Virus record (IMG/VR): IMGVR_UViG_3300027736_000055
Span: 1 to 56,079 of that record
DNA: 56,079 nt
Source of the DNA: a virus
Taxonomy: Duplodnaviria; Caudoviricetes
Strand: one strand, 5' to 3'
Below the pieces are notes generated by a model that was not told the DNA's origin, ran no database searches, and saw only the letters and a list, made by a program, of their open reading frames with translations. How positions within the stretch are numbered: the stretch's first letter is position 1; the number at the start of each line of letters is the position of its first letter. Positions 17,352 to 27,600 of the stretch are shown here, piece by piece. Both the position numbers and the translations under genes were made by a program.

Positions 17352-18500
17352 ATGGCTGATTTTTCATTGACCACCCTGTTTGTAGTTCCAGTAGGTAATA
17401 CATTGCCTAGCACTGGTTCTACGCAAGACTTAACTGCTGGGCAGTTTGGTATTTTCAAGGCGGATTATTCAGTAGCTACTGCTGGTAATATCGCAACGAA
17501 CAACCCTTATTTCTATGTTGCTCAAGGACGTACTAATACGTACTTACAAGGATCTAAGCGTTCTGACAAGATTGCAACTGACGGATCTAACGTTACTGCA
17601 TGGTACACTGTAACTGGTTCTCCAGTAGCTGCTAACCAAGTAACTGATATCTCTGACTGGACAGTAACTCCAGGTACTGATGTAACTGTTACATTACGTG
17701 CGTTCTCTTCTTACTTAAACACATTGTACTTCAATGGTTTCACTCGTAGTGTAACTGTTAAAGGAGAATGTTTAGCTTGTGGTGGAGATCCTTGTGCTGA
17801 TGTTGATGTTCCTGCTTTAATTGATTCTTTAATCTTAAAGTTCCAAGAGCAAGCTCCAGGTGATAACCCTGATAACATTAACTTTAATGACTTCTACCAA
17901 TTCCAACGTATTGGTAACAACCAAGCTGCTATCTTACGTATTTCTGGTAAGCCATTAACTGTTTATGGACAGCCATGTGATATTGCTGCATTCCCTTGGG
18001 AGTATGATCGTATGTATTTCCGTACATTCGTTTACCCTGGTCCAGCTACTACTGCTGACTTTATTGTAGCAGATAGCTGTAATCAAATTGCTAATGTTGA
18101 GGTTACACAACGTGCTTCTTATGTTGCTGGTACATCTGATGAGATTAAGCAATTAGAGAAAAACTTCTATAGCTACCAAGCTGCTTACTTGAAGCATTTA
18201 TACCGTATGAACGGATATAATGAGAACTTTGAGTCTTGGGTATCTGATGGTACTACTTATGACACTTACTATATTCGTTTTAACGAATATTCAAAAGCTG
18301 CATACGTATGGGGTGACTATGTTAAAGAAGATTCAACTGTAATCATTGCTGCTCCTCAAGCTTTAGCAGCTGCTATTGAAGCTATTTTAACTGGAGCATT
18401 AGGTGCACCAACTGATGAGAGTGGAGATATCGTTTCTACGACTACTTCTACTACTACTGTTTGGCCTTCAACTAGTACAACTACTACCTTGATTCCTTAA
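17352..18500 (+). CDS. Abundant structural protein (auxiliary capsid-like) with a Thr-rich tail
   Basis: 382 aa with capsid-like codon bias, followed by a hairpin; synteny. Confidence 0.6.
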   Translation: MADFSLTTLFVVPVGNTLPSTGSTQDLTAGQFGIFKADYSVATAGNIATNNPYFYVAQGRTNTYLQGSKRSDKIATDGSNVTAWYTVTGSPVAANQVTDISDWTVTPGTDVTVTLRAFSSYLNTLYFNGFTRSVTVKGECLACGGDPCADVDVPALIDSLILKFQEQAPGDNPDNINFNDFYQFQRIGNNQAAILRISGKPLTVYGQPCDIAAFPWEYDRMYFRTFVYPGPATTADFIVADSCNQIANVEVTQRASYVAGTSDEIKQLEKNFYSYQAAYLKHLYRMNGYNENFESWVSDGTTYDTYYIRFNEYSKAAYVWGDYVKEDSTVIIAAPQALAAAIEAILTGALGAPTDESGDIVSTTTSTTTVWPSTSTTTTLIP

Positions 18501-18522
18501 TAAAAAGGAAATCATATAACCT

Positions 18523-18569
18523 ATGCCAGAGGGTAAGAGGATAATCTCTGTCCTCTGGCATTATTTTTT
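18523..18569 (+). terminator. Terminator or attenuator hairpin
   Basis: ATGCCAGAGG...CCTCTGGCAT 10-bp outer stem, followed by TATTTTTT. Confidence 0.65.
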
Positions 18570-18575
18570 AAGAAC

Positions 18576-19133
18576 ATGGCAACAACATTAAATATTCAAG
18601 TAGTACCTACCTATAATACGTATACAATCTCTATACAAGATTTGTCTACGTATGTTGGTGCACCTAGTTCTCCAACAATTCGTATAGTTGCTCCTGGTAT
18701 AGATATAAATCAACCATTCACTATAAATAGTATCAATACATTTAATTCTACAACTTTAGGATTAACTCCTGTATTGACACCTACTATTCCTATTCCAGAT
18801 GGTGTTTACTATTTGACATATTCAATAGCACCTTCTAATGTGAATTATGTCACTAAGACATTTATGCGTACTGATTTAATTCAGGAAAAGTTTGATAACG
18901 CCTTTATGAAACTTGATATGATCGAATGTGATAGAGCTATTAAGACTCAAGCAAAAGTTGAGCTTACTACTATCTACTATTTTATTCAAGGGTCAATTGC
19001 TGCAGCTAACAACTCAGCAGTTAGTGTTGCAACAAGACTGTATCTTCAAGCAGATAATATGTTGAATAACTTCATCAGAACTAATTGTGGATGTACAGGA
19101 ACAAATTACATAGTTAATTATTCAGCATTCTAA
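18576..19133 (+). CDS. Structural protein (tail hub-like)
   Basis: Beta-rich N-terminus with IPDGVYYLTY, helical C-terminus ending NCGC. Confidence 0.55.
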   Translation: MATTLNIQVVPTYNTYTISIQDLSTYVGAPSSPTIRIVAPGIDINQPFTINSINTFNSTTLGLTPVLTPTIPIPDGVYYLTYSIAPSNVNYVTKTFMRTDLIQEKFDNAFMKLDMIECDRAIKTQAKVELTTIYYFIQGSIAAANNSAVSVATRLYLQADNMLNNFIRTNCGCTGTNYIVNYSAF

Positions 19134-19140
19134 AAACGTC

Positions 19141-19278
19141 ATGGCAAACTGTAAAAAATGTGGGACAAGCGTAGGATGCGGATGTCAATTAGTCAATGGA
19201 TATTGCTCAGCATGCAATTATGCTGTTCAGCAAGAAATTAAACAACCGCAGCAAAATGTTAACACCCAGGCTAACTAA
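19141..19278 (+). CDS. Small Cys-rich protein (45 aa)
   Basis: Translated by hand: MANCKKCGTSVGCGCQLVNGYCSACNYAVQQEIKQPQQNVNTQAN*. Not in the ORF track. Confidence 0.75.
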   Translation: MANCKKCGTSVGCGCQLVNGYCSACNYAVQQEIKQPQQNVNTQAN

Positions 19279-19675
19279 CGCTTTATATTATACATCAATT
19301 CCCGTTTTATTAACTGAGATAGATGACACCTTGGCAAGAATTGCTAATGAGTTATATTATAATGTAATATACTCATTACACAGAGACGTAGCATGTGGAC
19401 CAATGGGCGATCTATTAATGTATAGACGTATACTATGGTATAAAGCATGTAATCCTACCTATGCAGAAGACTTCACTGTAGGGCAAATAGCAGGTAGAGT
19501 TATTACATTAATAGCTGGTATAACAGCTGCACCTATAAATATTCTTACCACTACAACTACTACCACGCGAGGACTACAATGTACATTAGCAGGTACTGCT
19601 GTTTTAGATTGGAACATCGATTGTACATTATGTGGTACAGCATTAAACTTATCAGAAAACCCTCAATATTGTTAA
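19256..19675 (+). CDS. Structural protein (hub-like) with a poly-Thr tract
   Basis: Likely start MLTPRLT at 19256; contains TTTTTTT. Confidence 0.6.
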   Translation: MLTPRLTNALYYTSIPVLLTEIDDTLARIANELYYNVIYSLHRDVACGPMGDLLMYRRILWYKACNPTYAEDFTVGQIAGRVITLIAGITAAPINILTTTTTTTRGLQCTLAGTAVLDWNIDCTLCGTALNLSENPQYC

Positions 19676-19678
19676 TAT

Positions 19679-20011
19679 ATGCCTTGTCCTCCAGGAGTTC
19701 CTTGTAATGATATAAGAAAACCATTTCCTTTATCAAATGGATCTTCTAATAATCCTCTTGCTAATAGAAATACAGATTGTGATAAATCTTGTATTGTTGA
19801 ATCAGTAAGAGTTGCATATGATGGTCCAAACTTGCCCCAGTCAGGTATTACTACTGGTGATTGTTTGACATTATGTTTAGAGAAGTTAGATAACGCTATC
19901 TTGATATATAGTAATTATTATAACTCTAATGCAGAAGTAATTACATTGATACAAGCTTTAACAGAAACAGTACAACAATTAGCACAAAGAGTTACTCAAT
20001 TAGAAACTTAA
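19679..20011 (+). CDS. Cys-rich fibre or accessory protein
   Basis: SCIVESVRVAYDGPNL..GITTGDCLTLCLEKLD motif plus a C-terminal coiled coil. Confidence 0.6.
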   Translation: MPCPPGVPCNDIRKPFPLSNGSSNNPLANRNTDCDKSCIVESVRVAYDGPNLPQSGITTGDCLTLCLEKLDNAILIYSNYYNSNAEVITLIQALTETVQQLAQRVTQLET

Positions 20012-20026
20012 TAAACAATTAAAAAT

Positions 20027-21034
20027 ATGAATGTCTTAATAACGCTTACTTCAGCAGGAACGGATACAGGACCCTTTAACCTTTATTCAAATGTGGATAA
20101 CTACACAACTGCTTTTGAGACCGACATCTCTAAAGGGATATTAGTTGCTGGATATACAAGTACAATAGTTCCTCCAGGAACTTCAGCTATTCGTGTTAAG
20201 TCAATAGGTATATGTACAAACTATGTTGATATAACATTAACTGTACCTTCTACCACAACAACTACAACAACTCGTGCTGCTACAACCACCACTACAACTA
20301 CGGCAGTAGGTAGTCCAACTACCACTACAACTACTACAGCACCTGTAGGCCCAACTACTACAACAACCACTACACCGTACGTGGGTCCTGCTACAACTAC
20401 AACTACCACTACAGCGCCTGTAGCTCTAACAACTACAACTACTACTACTACAGTATACGTAGGTGCTGCTACAACTACAACTACAACCACTATAGCAGCC
20501 ACTACTACTACTACCACAACTAATGTTTTTGTTAGTTGTCAAGAATGGAGAAATGATACAGCTGAAGAAGCAATTATAACTTACACTCCTTGTGGAAGTA
20601 GCACTCCTGTAAGTGGCTATACTTTAGCTGATACATCTAGTGTATGCGCGGTTTATGGTTCTATAACTGTTACATCAGGTGGTGCCTTAACATTAGTTGG
20701 AGCTTGTTCTGCACCAGAGCCAGCTACAACAACTACAACAACTACTGGAGCAGCTGTAGGTACAACAACTACAACTACTACCACTGCTTTAGTATATTAC
20801 AGTTTTCCAATAACAACAGGTTATGGAGATTCTGCATCAGCATGTGGTGATTCATCTACTAATATGAGTATTTATGGTAGTTCACCGTCGTTTTTAAGTA
20901 ACGCTACATTCTATAATGATTACACTTTACTTAGTCCATTTGATGGTAGCAATTTCTATTACAGCAATACAAGTAATAATGAGTACGTACAAATTAGTAG
21001 CATCGGAAGTCAGACTGCAGGTGGTAGTTGTTAA
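20027..21034 (+). CDS. Mucin-like poly-Thr virion protein
   Basis: Ten runs of 7-9 Thr separate three small beta-rich domains. Confidence 0.75.
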   Translation: MNVLITLTSAGTDTGPFNLYSNVDNYTTAFETDISKGILVAGYTSTIVPPGTSAIRVKSIGICTNYVDITLTVPSTTTTTTTRAATTTTTTTAVGSPTTTTTTTAPVGPTTTTTTTPYVGPATTTTTTTAPVALTTTTTTTTVYVGAATTTTTTTIAATTTTTTTNVFVSCQEWRNDTAEEAIITYTPCGSSTPVSGYTLADTSSVCAVYGSITVTSGGALTLVGACSAPEPATTTTTTTGAAVGTTTTTTTTALVYYSFPITTGYGDSASACGDSSTNMSIYGSSPSFLSNATFYNDYTLLSPFDGSNFYYSNTSNNEYVQISSIGSQTAGGSC

Positions 21035-21077
21035 TATTTAAGATGTAAAAAATCCTGTTTGTTGGTTTACAGGGTTT

Positions 21078-21109
21078 CTCCTAGGGACACATTGTCTCTA
21101 GGAGTTTTT
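21078..21109 (+). terminator. Intrinsic terminator
   Basis: CTCCTAGGGACA-cat-TGTCTCTAGGAG followed by TTTTT. Confidence 0.85.
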
Positions 21110-21159
21110 ATTATTATAACCAATTTAGTTAAGCTATATAACTGATTCAATTACAATTG

Positions 21160-21192
21160 TTTGGTAAATACAAAATTTAATTTATATATTTA
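21160..21192 (+). promoter_or_regulatory. Putative -33/-7 promoter
   Basis: TTTG (21160-21163), 21-nt spacer, TATATTTA (21185-21192); follows the terminator. Confidence 0.5.
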
Positions 21193-21219
21193 GGACAATT
21201 TAACTAAACTACGAATAGG

Positions 21220-22446
21220 ATGACTGATAATCAGGACATGCTTTTCCGTCTTGAAGGACTTTTAAGACAAAAGAAAAGCAAAACATTCTATGCTGAAAAG
21301 CTAGGAATAACTGAAAATGAAGTAGATGAATTGTTAAAAGAGATAAGAGAAAGAGATCAAGAACCAAACGATACATTGAAAGCACCATTGTTATGTGAAT
21401 CTGTTCGCAAGGTTAACAATGAGAAAGGAACAATAGAGAGCACATTAATTCTTGACTTTGAACCAAAGGATGACCTAGAGCTAGCTACTCTACACAAGAT
21501 TAATCTTGATAAATATATCATTACAAATTACTGGTCTAAACTATTACCCAACGGTAAGTTTACATCATCAGTATTCTCTAAGAAAAAAGAGGCTAATGAT
21601 TACACAGCTGAAGACTTTGCAAAGTTCTTAGTAGATTATAAATCCAACTACATACCCCAGCAACAACCAGAGCTAGAACGTGCTAAACTAATAGATGTTG
21701 AGATATCATTATCTGATTTTCATTTAGCTAAGAGGCATATTGATGGAGACAATTCACCAGCTATTAGATGTAAAAGATACTTCAATGCAGCTGTAAGTCT
21801 TGCATATGATGTAAAAGCATTGTACGATATTGATAGAATTGTATTTCCAATATCAAATGATTTCTTTCACACAGATAACTATCAACATCAAACAACTGCA
21901 GGTACTCCACAAGAAACTATTATTGATTATGCACATGAGTATGAACTAGGATTTGCTCTACTTGTAGATACAATCAAAATGTTAAAAAAGATTTGTAAAG
22001 AAGTGCATGTAGTATTAGTACAAGGTAATCATGATAAGACTAAGTCTTATTATTTAGCTCATGCTCTCGATGTTTACTTTCACGCAGATCCTAATATATA
22101 CTTTGATAGAGAACATAGTGTAGTGAAAGCTACAATGTTAGGAGAAACATTTATTGGTTACCATCATGGTAACTGTAAGATTGAGGATCTTCCTTTATTG
22201 TTTGCTACACATCCTGATTACAGTGTAATGTTTGGATATGCTAAGTACAGAGAGATACATACAGGTGATAAACATCACTACATGGCTAAGGAAGTGAAAG
22301 GGGTAAGAATACAACAAATGCCTAGCTTGTCTGGTACAGATAGATGGCATCAGGATAACAACTTTGTTCATAGTGTTAGAGCAGCACTTGCTTTAGTGTA
22401 TGATAAAAAGTTAGGTAAGATTTGTGAATTTGAACATCGAATATAA
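21220..22446 (+). CDS. Calcineurin-like metallophosphoesterase with an N-terminal HTH
   Basis: SDFH, NDFFH, GNHD, HHG and GDKHH motifs in the canonical order; FYAEKLGITENEV HTH-like start. Confidence 0.8.
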   Translation: MTDNQDMLFRLEGLLRQKKSKTFYAEKLGITENEVDELLKEIRERDQEPNDTLKAPLLCESVRKVNNEKGTIESTLILDFEPKDDLELATLHKINLDKYIITNYWSKLLPNGKFTSSVFSKKKEANDYTAEDFAKFLVDYKSNYIPQQQPELERAKLIDVEISLSDFHLAKRHIDGDNSPAIRCKRYFNAAVSLAYDVKALYDIDRIVFPISNDFFHTDNYQHQTTAGTPQETIIDYAHEYELGFALLVDTIKMLKKICKEVHVVLVQGNHDKTKSYYLAHALDVYFHADPNIYFDREHSVVKATMLGETFIGYHHGNCKIEDLPLLFATHPDYSVMFGYAKYREIHTGDKHHYMAKEVKGVRIQQMPSLSGTDRWHQDNNFVHSVRAALALVYDKKLGKICEFEHRI

Positions 22447-22449
22447 ACA

Positions 22450-23172
22450 ATGGCAACATTAAGAAAATTAGTCTCGGATGTGCGTTCTATGCACAAGTTA
22501 TTATCAACCGACAACTTGATAACAGATCGGGCTATTGCATCTGAAATAAAGAACGATGCGTTATTGTTAATTAAACGTGAGACTAATCTTCGTAAGCTTT
22601 GGGCTACAGATACTATCTTTACAACAATTCCTTGCTTAGAAATGGTACAAGTTTCCATCACTGAATGTTGTGATTATGTGGATGACTGTACAATTGCTAG
22701 AAGCAAATACAAGATACCTAGAATTGGTGAAGGTAATTATCAATACTTAATTCAAGGAGTTTACTCTGTTAATGCTTTAGGGGGTAAAGGATATAAGTTT
22801 AAAGAAATAACTGTAAACAGATATGCTAATCTATTAAAACTTCCCCTTATAAAGAACAATCAATATTTTTGGATAACTAATGATTATTTGTATATCAATA
22901 ATCCAATGATCCAAAAGATAAGATTTGTTGGATTGTTTGAAGAAGATATACCTAATGAGCTACGTTATGGAGGAGATTGTAATTCACAAGAAGTAAATTC
23001 AGGATGGTGTTTAAATCCTTTAGATAGAGAATCATTTGTTCCAGGTTATCTAGAGAAACAAGTATTGGAATTAGCTTCTCAAAAACTATTACAAACTTAC
23101 TTCAGAATCAAGGATGACTTGACTCAGAACAATATTGACGGACAATCACCTAATGCTCCAGCAGGATCATAA
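22450..23172 (+). CDS. Tail ring protein
   Basis: 240 aa; crAss-like synteny before the IHF, ring and muzzle genes. Confidence 0.55.
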   Translation: MATLRKLVSDVRSMHKLLSTDNLITDRAIASEIKNDALLLIKRETNLRKLWATDTIFTTIPCLEMVQVSITECCDYVDDCTIARSKYKIPRIGEGNYQYLIQGVYSVNALGGKGYKFKEITVNRYANLLKLPLIKNNQYFWITNDYLYINNPMIQKIRFVGLFEEDIPNELRYGGDCNSQEVNSGWCLNPLDRESFVPGYLEKQVLELASQKLLQTYFRIKDDLTQNNIDGQSPNAPAGS

Positions 23173-23175
23173 TAT

Positions 23176-23652
23176 ATGGCAAGAGTACAAGTAGACTGGC
23201 GTAGCGCTAGTAAAGATAACTACAAAATCTTCTGTAAGAAGGAACCTACAATCAAGATAACATTTGATGAATGGCGTAATATCATATACACATTCAATGA
23301 TGCCTTCAAAAATCACATTCTAGAGACAGGAGAAAAGATTAAACTACCAGTTGGCTTTGGTGAGTTTTCTATTAATAAGAAAAAGAGAAAAAGAATGGTT
23401 ACTGTTGATGGTAGAGATAGAGTTGCATTACCTATTGATTGGCAAAAAACTAAAGAAAAAGGTAAGGTTATATATAACTTTAACTATCACACAGATGGAT
23501 ACTTCTTTGGATGGGTATGGTTTAAGAATGTAAGATTAAAGAATTATTCATTGTGGTACTTTAAGCCATCTAGAAATACATCAAGAATACTTGCTCATTA
23601 CATAAAAACTGATCCCAAGTATCAACAAATATATAACGAGTGGAAAAAATAA
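23176..23652 (+). CDS. IHF-like protein
   Basis: ETGEKIKLPVGFGEFSI and IDWQKTK motifs; position matches crAss IHF-like genes. Confidence 0.7.
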   Translation: MARVQVDWRSASKDNYKIFCKKEPTIKITFDEWRNIIYTFNDAFKNHILETGEKIKLPVGFGEFSINKKKRKRMVTVDGRDRVALPIDWQKTKEKGKVIYNFNYHTDGYFFGWVWFKNVRLKNYSLWYFKPSRNTSRILAHYIKTDPKYQQIYNEWKK

Positions 23653-23658
23653 AATAAC

Positions 23659-24651
23659 ATGTCGTACTACTATAAATACAACTTTGTTTCCCCTGAGCCC
23701 ATCTATGCTTTAGTAAAAGAGGAGTTTAAAAGCTACTTTGATACAGGGGCTGTTGATGACTTATTGTTTCCTACTTATCTAGACAAGTGTCTTCGTAAAC
23801 TTGGTAGAGCCACATATGTTATTGCTGAACAGATTCTTTATATCGAAGACTTTGAAGCACGTCTTCCAGATAACTTTTTTGCTGCACGTGAGGCTTGGAT
23901 GGTTGCCGAGATCCCTCAATATCCATATCAAACTGCTAACTCTTTCTATTCTCAAGCTGCTGAAGAAACCACTATTCAAGTGGCTCCTTTGATTGTAAAT
24001 GGTACAGAGTGTACTGCTGGTAATTGTAAAGATCCAGCATCTCCTTGTTTTGATCACTGTATGCCTCAGATCATTCAAGCTGTATACAAAACAAACAATC
24101 AAGTAGCAAGATCTTACAGACGTGAGTTCTTATTAATGCCAGGTAATATATCTGCTAGAAGTAATTGTACTGTAGATTATAACACTGCAGCTTGGGAGTT
24201 TAATGCATCTTCTCCAGGATTAGCTTCTAACAATAGTTCAACTCCAGGGTCCTCTTCTTACAACTCTTTTGATATCAGAGATAATAAGTTTGTCACTAAC
24301 TTCAGAAGTGGAGTAGTGCATTTATTATTTTATGCTACAGAATATGATTGTGGGGGTAACCAACTAGTTCCTGATAACTATCGTATTAGAGAGTATGTTG
24401 AGGCATTTGTTAAATATAAAATATTTGAAATACTTACTAATCAAACTAATGATGAAACGTTTCAACAGTTACAACAAAAGCTTACATATTATAAACAGCT
24501 TTCTGAGGAAGCATTTATTATGGCCGATATCGAAATAAAGAAACAGGATCCATATGCTAAGCAAAGAAGAATAAAGAATGACCTGAATAGGTTTAATATG
24601 TACGAACTGCCAAATAGAACAAATAGATATGGCTGGAGAAGAAACAACTAA
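23659..24651 (+). CDS. Tail tubular / ring protein
   Basis: 330 aa with EARLPDNF and LVPDN motifs, directly before the muzzle gene. Confidence 0.65.
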   Translation: MSYYYKYNFVSPEPIYALVKEEFKSYFDTGAVDDLLFPTYLDKCLRKLGRATYVIAEQILYIEDFEARLPDNFFAAREAWMVAEIPQYPYQTANSFYSQAAEETTIQVAPLIVNGTECTAGNCKDPASPCFDHCMPQIIQAVYKTNNQVARSYRREFLLMPGNISARSNCTVDYNTAAWEFNASSPGLASNNSSTPGSSSYNSFDIRDNKFVTNFRSGVVHLLFYATEYDCGGNQLVPDNYRIREYVEAFVKYKIFEILTNQTNDETFQQLQQKLTYYKQLSEEAFIMADIEIKKQDPYAKQRRIKNDLNRFNMYELPNRTNRYGWRRNN

Positions 24652-27600
24652 TCAGCAACGAGGTAACATTAATATTAATTATAATGCTGCTCAGACTGGT
24701 ATAGATATGGATAAGAGCCTTGGCCAAATAGCTAAGGGTAAACTTACTTATGCACTAAATGCTAACGTTGAGAACTTTGATTCTAATTCTGTTAACTATC
24801 AGAATGAGGAAGGTAATGAATTCTGTCTAGAGTTTCCCTCAGGATATACATTAATTGGTAAGCATTACATTCAAGAGAAGGCTAAGCACATATTCTTTTT
24901 AGTTAATTCGTCAACTGGCGATTCTCAAATAGGATACATGGTTAATAATGACTGTGTATATAATTCTTTATTAACTGCTGAGTGTTTAAACTTTGATGTC
25001 AACTATCCTATTCATAAGGTTGTACATCGTATCACAAACTGTACTACAGAGATCTATTGGACAGATGGATTAAACTCACGTAGATTTTTAGACATTGATG
25101 ATGTTCCTACATCAGGAGATATCTGTAATAAGCTAAGTGTACAACCAAATTTTAACATCCCTCAACTAACTATTGCTGAAGTTACTACTGGTGGAGAGCT
25201 AATAGCTGGTACATATCAGTTTGCTATTCAATACTCAGATGCTCAAGGCTTTGGATATACATCTTACTATTCAGTAACCAATCCCACCCCTATTGCTAAT
25301 CCTGATATAACTAGTGCTGAGTTTAACTACCCAGTAAATAAGTCAATCAGGTTGACTATCACTAATCTAGAGATTAGCGGATACTATGAATACTATAACC
25401 TTGCAGTTATCAAATCTGTAAACGGTATCACTTCTGTTGAACTAATAGGTACATACTATATTAATTCTGCTATCGACCAAGTGACATACACTGGACAGAA
25501 CCAGACACAAATAAGGTTATCTATTAATGATATCTTTGAGAAGTTTCCATATTACGATATTGCTGGAGACGTTACATCGGTACAGGATGTATTGATATGG
25601 GATCAGCTCACCACTAATAAAAGAATCAACTATCAAAGCATTGCTGCTCAGATAGCATTGAACTGGGAAACTTATAAGATTCCTGCAGGCTCAGATTATT
25701 CTAATCCAGATATAGCTACAAAGTTACGTGGTTATCTACGTGATGAGGTATATGCTTTTGAGATATGTTTCTTATTAAAGAACGGTAGACAAACAGATGG
25801 TTTCCATATTCCTGGTAGAACAGCTATTGCATCAGACCTGGTACCTATCTCTAAAGCTAGTAACAATGACTATATTGGGTCAGGTACATCAGCTCCTACA
25901 TGGAAGATCTATAACACTGCATATGATGTTCAAAATGCTACAGGAGATCCTATTGCTGGAGCTACTCCTTATAAATTTGGTAAGTTTGCATATTGGGAAT
26001 CAGACGAACAATATCAAGGAACCGTATTTACTTCAGCTGGTTTGACAGGAGGTATTCGTCATCATAAGTTTCCTGATGTATTAGTTAGTCCTATATTTGA
26101 GAGTGCTACATTAGTTGGAGGATTGCCAGTTACACAAGCTTCTGATGCTGTATATCCTTTAGGAGTGAGAGTGAGCATTGCTCAAATCAAATCATTGATT
26201 GCTAGCTCATCTTTAAGTGTTGAGGAAAAGGCAGAGATTGTTGGGTTTAAGATATTACGTGGAAGTCGTTCTACAAACAAATCAATTGTTGGTAAAGGAA
26301 TATTACGTAACGTAGGTAAGTATACACGTGAGGGTACAGATTTCTATTTCCCTAACTATCCTTACAATGACTTAAATGCAGATCCATTTTTACTATCTAC
26401 AACCAATGCTTACAATAGTCAATCTATCAAATACAGGATTGGTAGTCCTTCAATTGGTGGATCAATAAGTTATACAAGTGATATCACTGGCTTAGTTGAA
26501 AGTAGACTTCTAACTGCTTTAGAAGCTGCATTTGATCTAAACTCATTAACTTACCCATTATTGCAAGCTGGTGCATCTGCAACAATTACAGCTCCTGGTT
26601 TAAAGACAGTGACTATTGGTATAAGTACTGATAGTCAGACAATGTTTTCTTATGCGGATCCTTACAGTGTAACTATTATAAATATTACAGTGTATGTTAC
26701 TGATGGTATAAAGTATCTTGCTATAAATTCGTTCTATCCTTTTCAGTATGTATCAGGATCAAAGAACTTTACAGTTACATTAAGCGACACTGTAAATGCA
26801 GAAAGCTTACCTAGTAATCTAAATGCATTCTCTACAGATGCTTCTAAGTTTAGAAACGTATTTAACTCTCCAGAGACTTCTTTTGGACAACCTTCATTAG
26901 GATCAATCCTTAAGGTGGAGAATGCTATCTTTGGTGAGAGTAGATCACACTTTGTTCAAGTTAAGAACAATGCTAGGTATAAACTTATCAATAGAAACAC
27001 ACAACAACAAGCTTTACAATCAAGTTATAACATAGCTATTTCTACAGGTACACTTGATGGCAATGCTATGTTTACAACATACCAAGCATACCTACAGATA
27101 TATATTAATGGACTTAGTAGAACAAACTTTGCTTATTCATTTAACTCTACTGCTAGTTATGACTATTGGGCAAATATAACTAACTCAGGTAATAAACAAA
27201 GAGAGCTTAGTATATATCAATATTTGATTCCAGGAGTACAATCTACTTCTGACGATCATGATGTTAATAACTTTCAGAGAGAATCATCTGTATATTTAAA
27301 GACTGCAGGAACAACTCCTTTACCTTTTGTTAAAGATGTACCTGCTGTAACTGCATTAAGTATCACTGATACAACTAGATTCACAGCATCTCAAAGACAC
27401 AAATGTGGATCTCCTGAAGATATAATTAGTAACTCTTCAGTGATGTATTATGCATCATTAAAGAACATTATTGTTAATCAGTATGGTCAGTTGTATTCTT
27501 ATGAAACAATTGATACAGGATTCCAAATTGATTTAGATACAGTAGATACAATAGGTGTAGCATTTGGTGGTGATACTTTTGTATCAAGATTTGGATTTAA

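Noticed and set aside
20221-20850. Poly-Val ORF 20221..20517 (-), ORF 20644..20850, and a possible CRISPR-like repeat
   Set aside because: These are shadows of the poly-Thr codons; there is no repeat-spacer structure.
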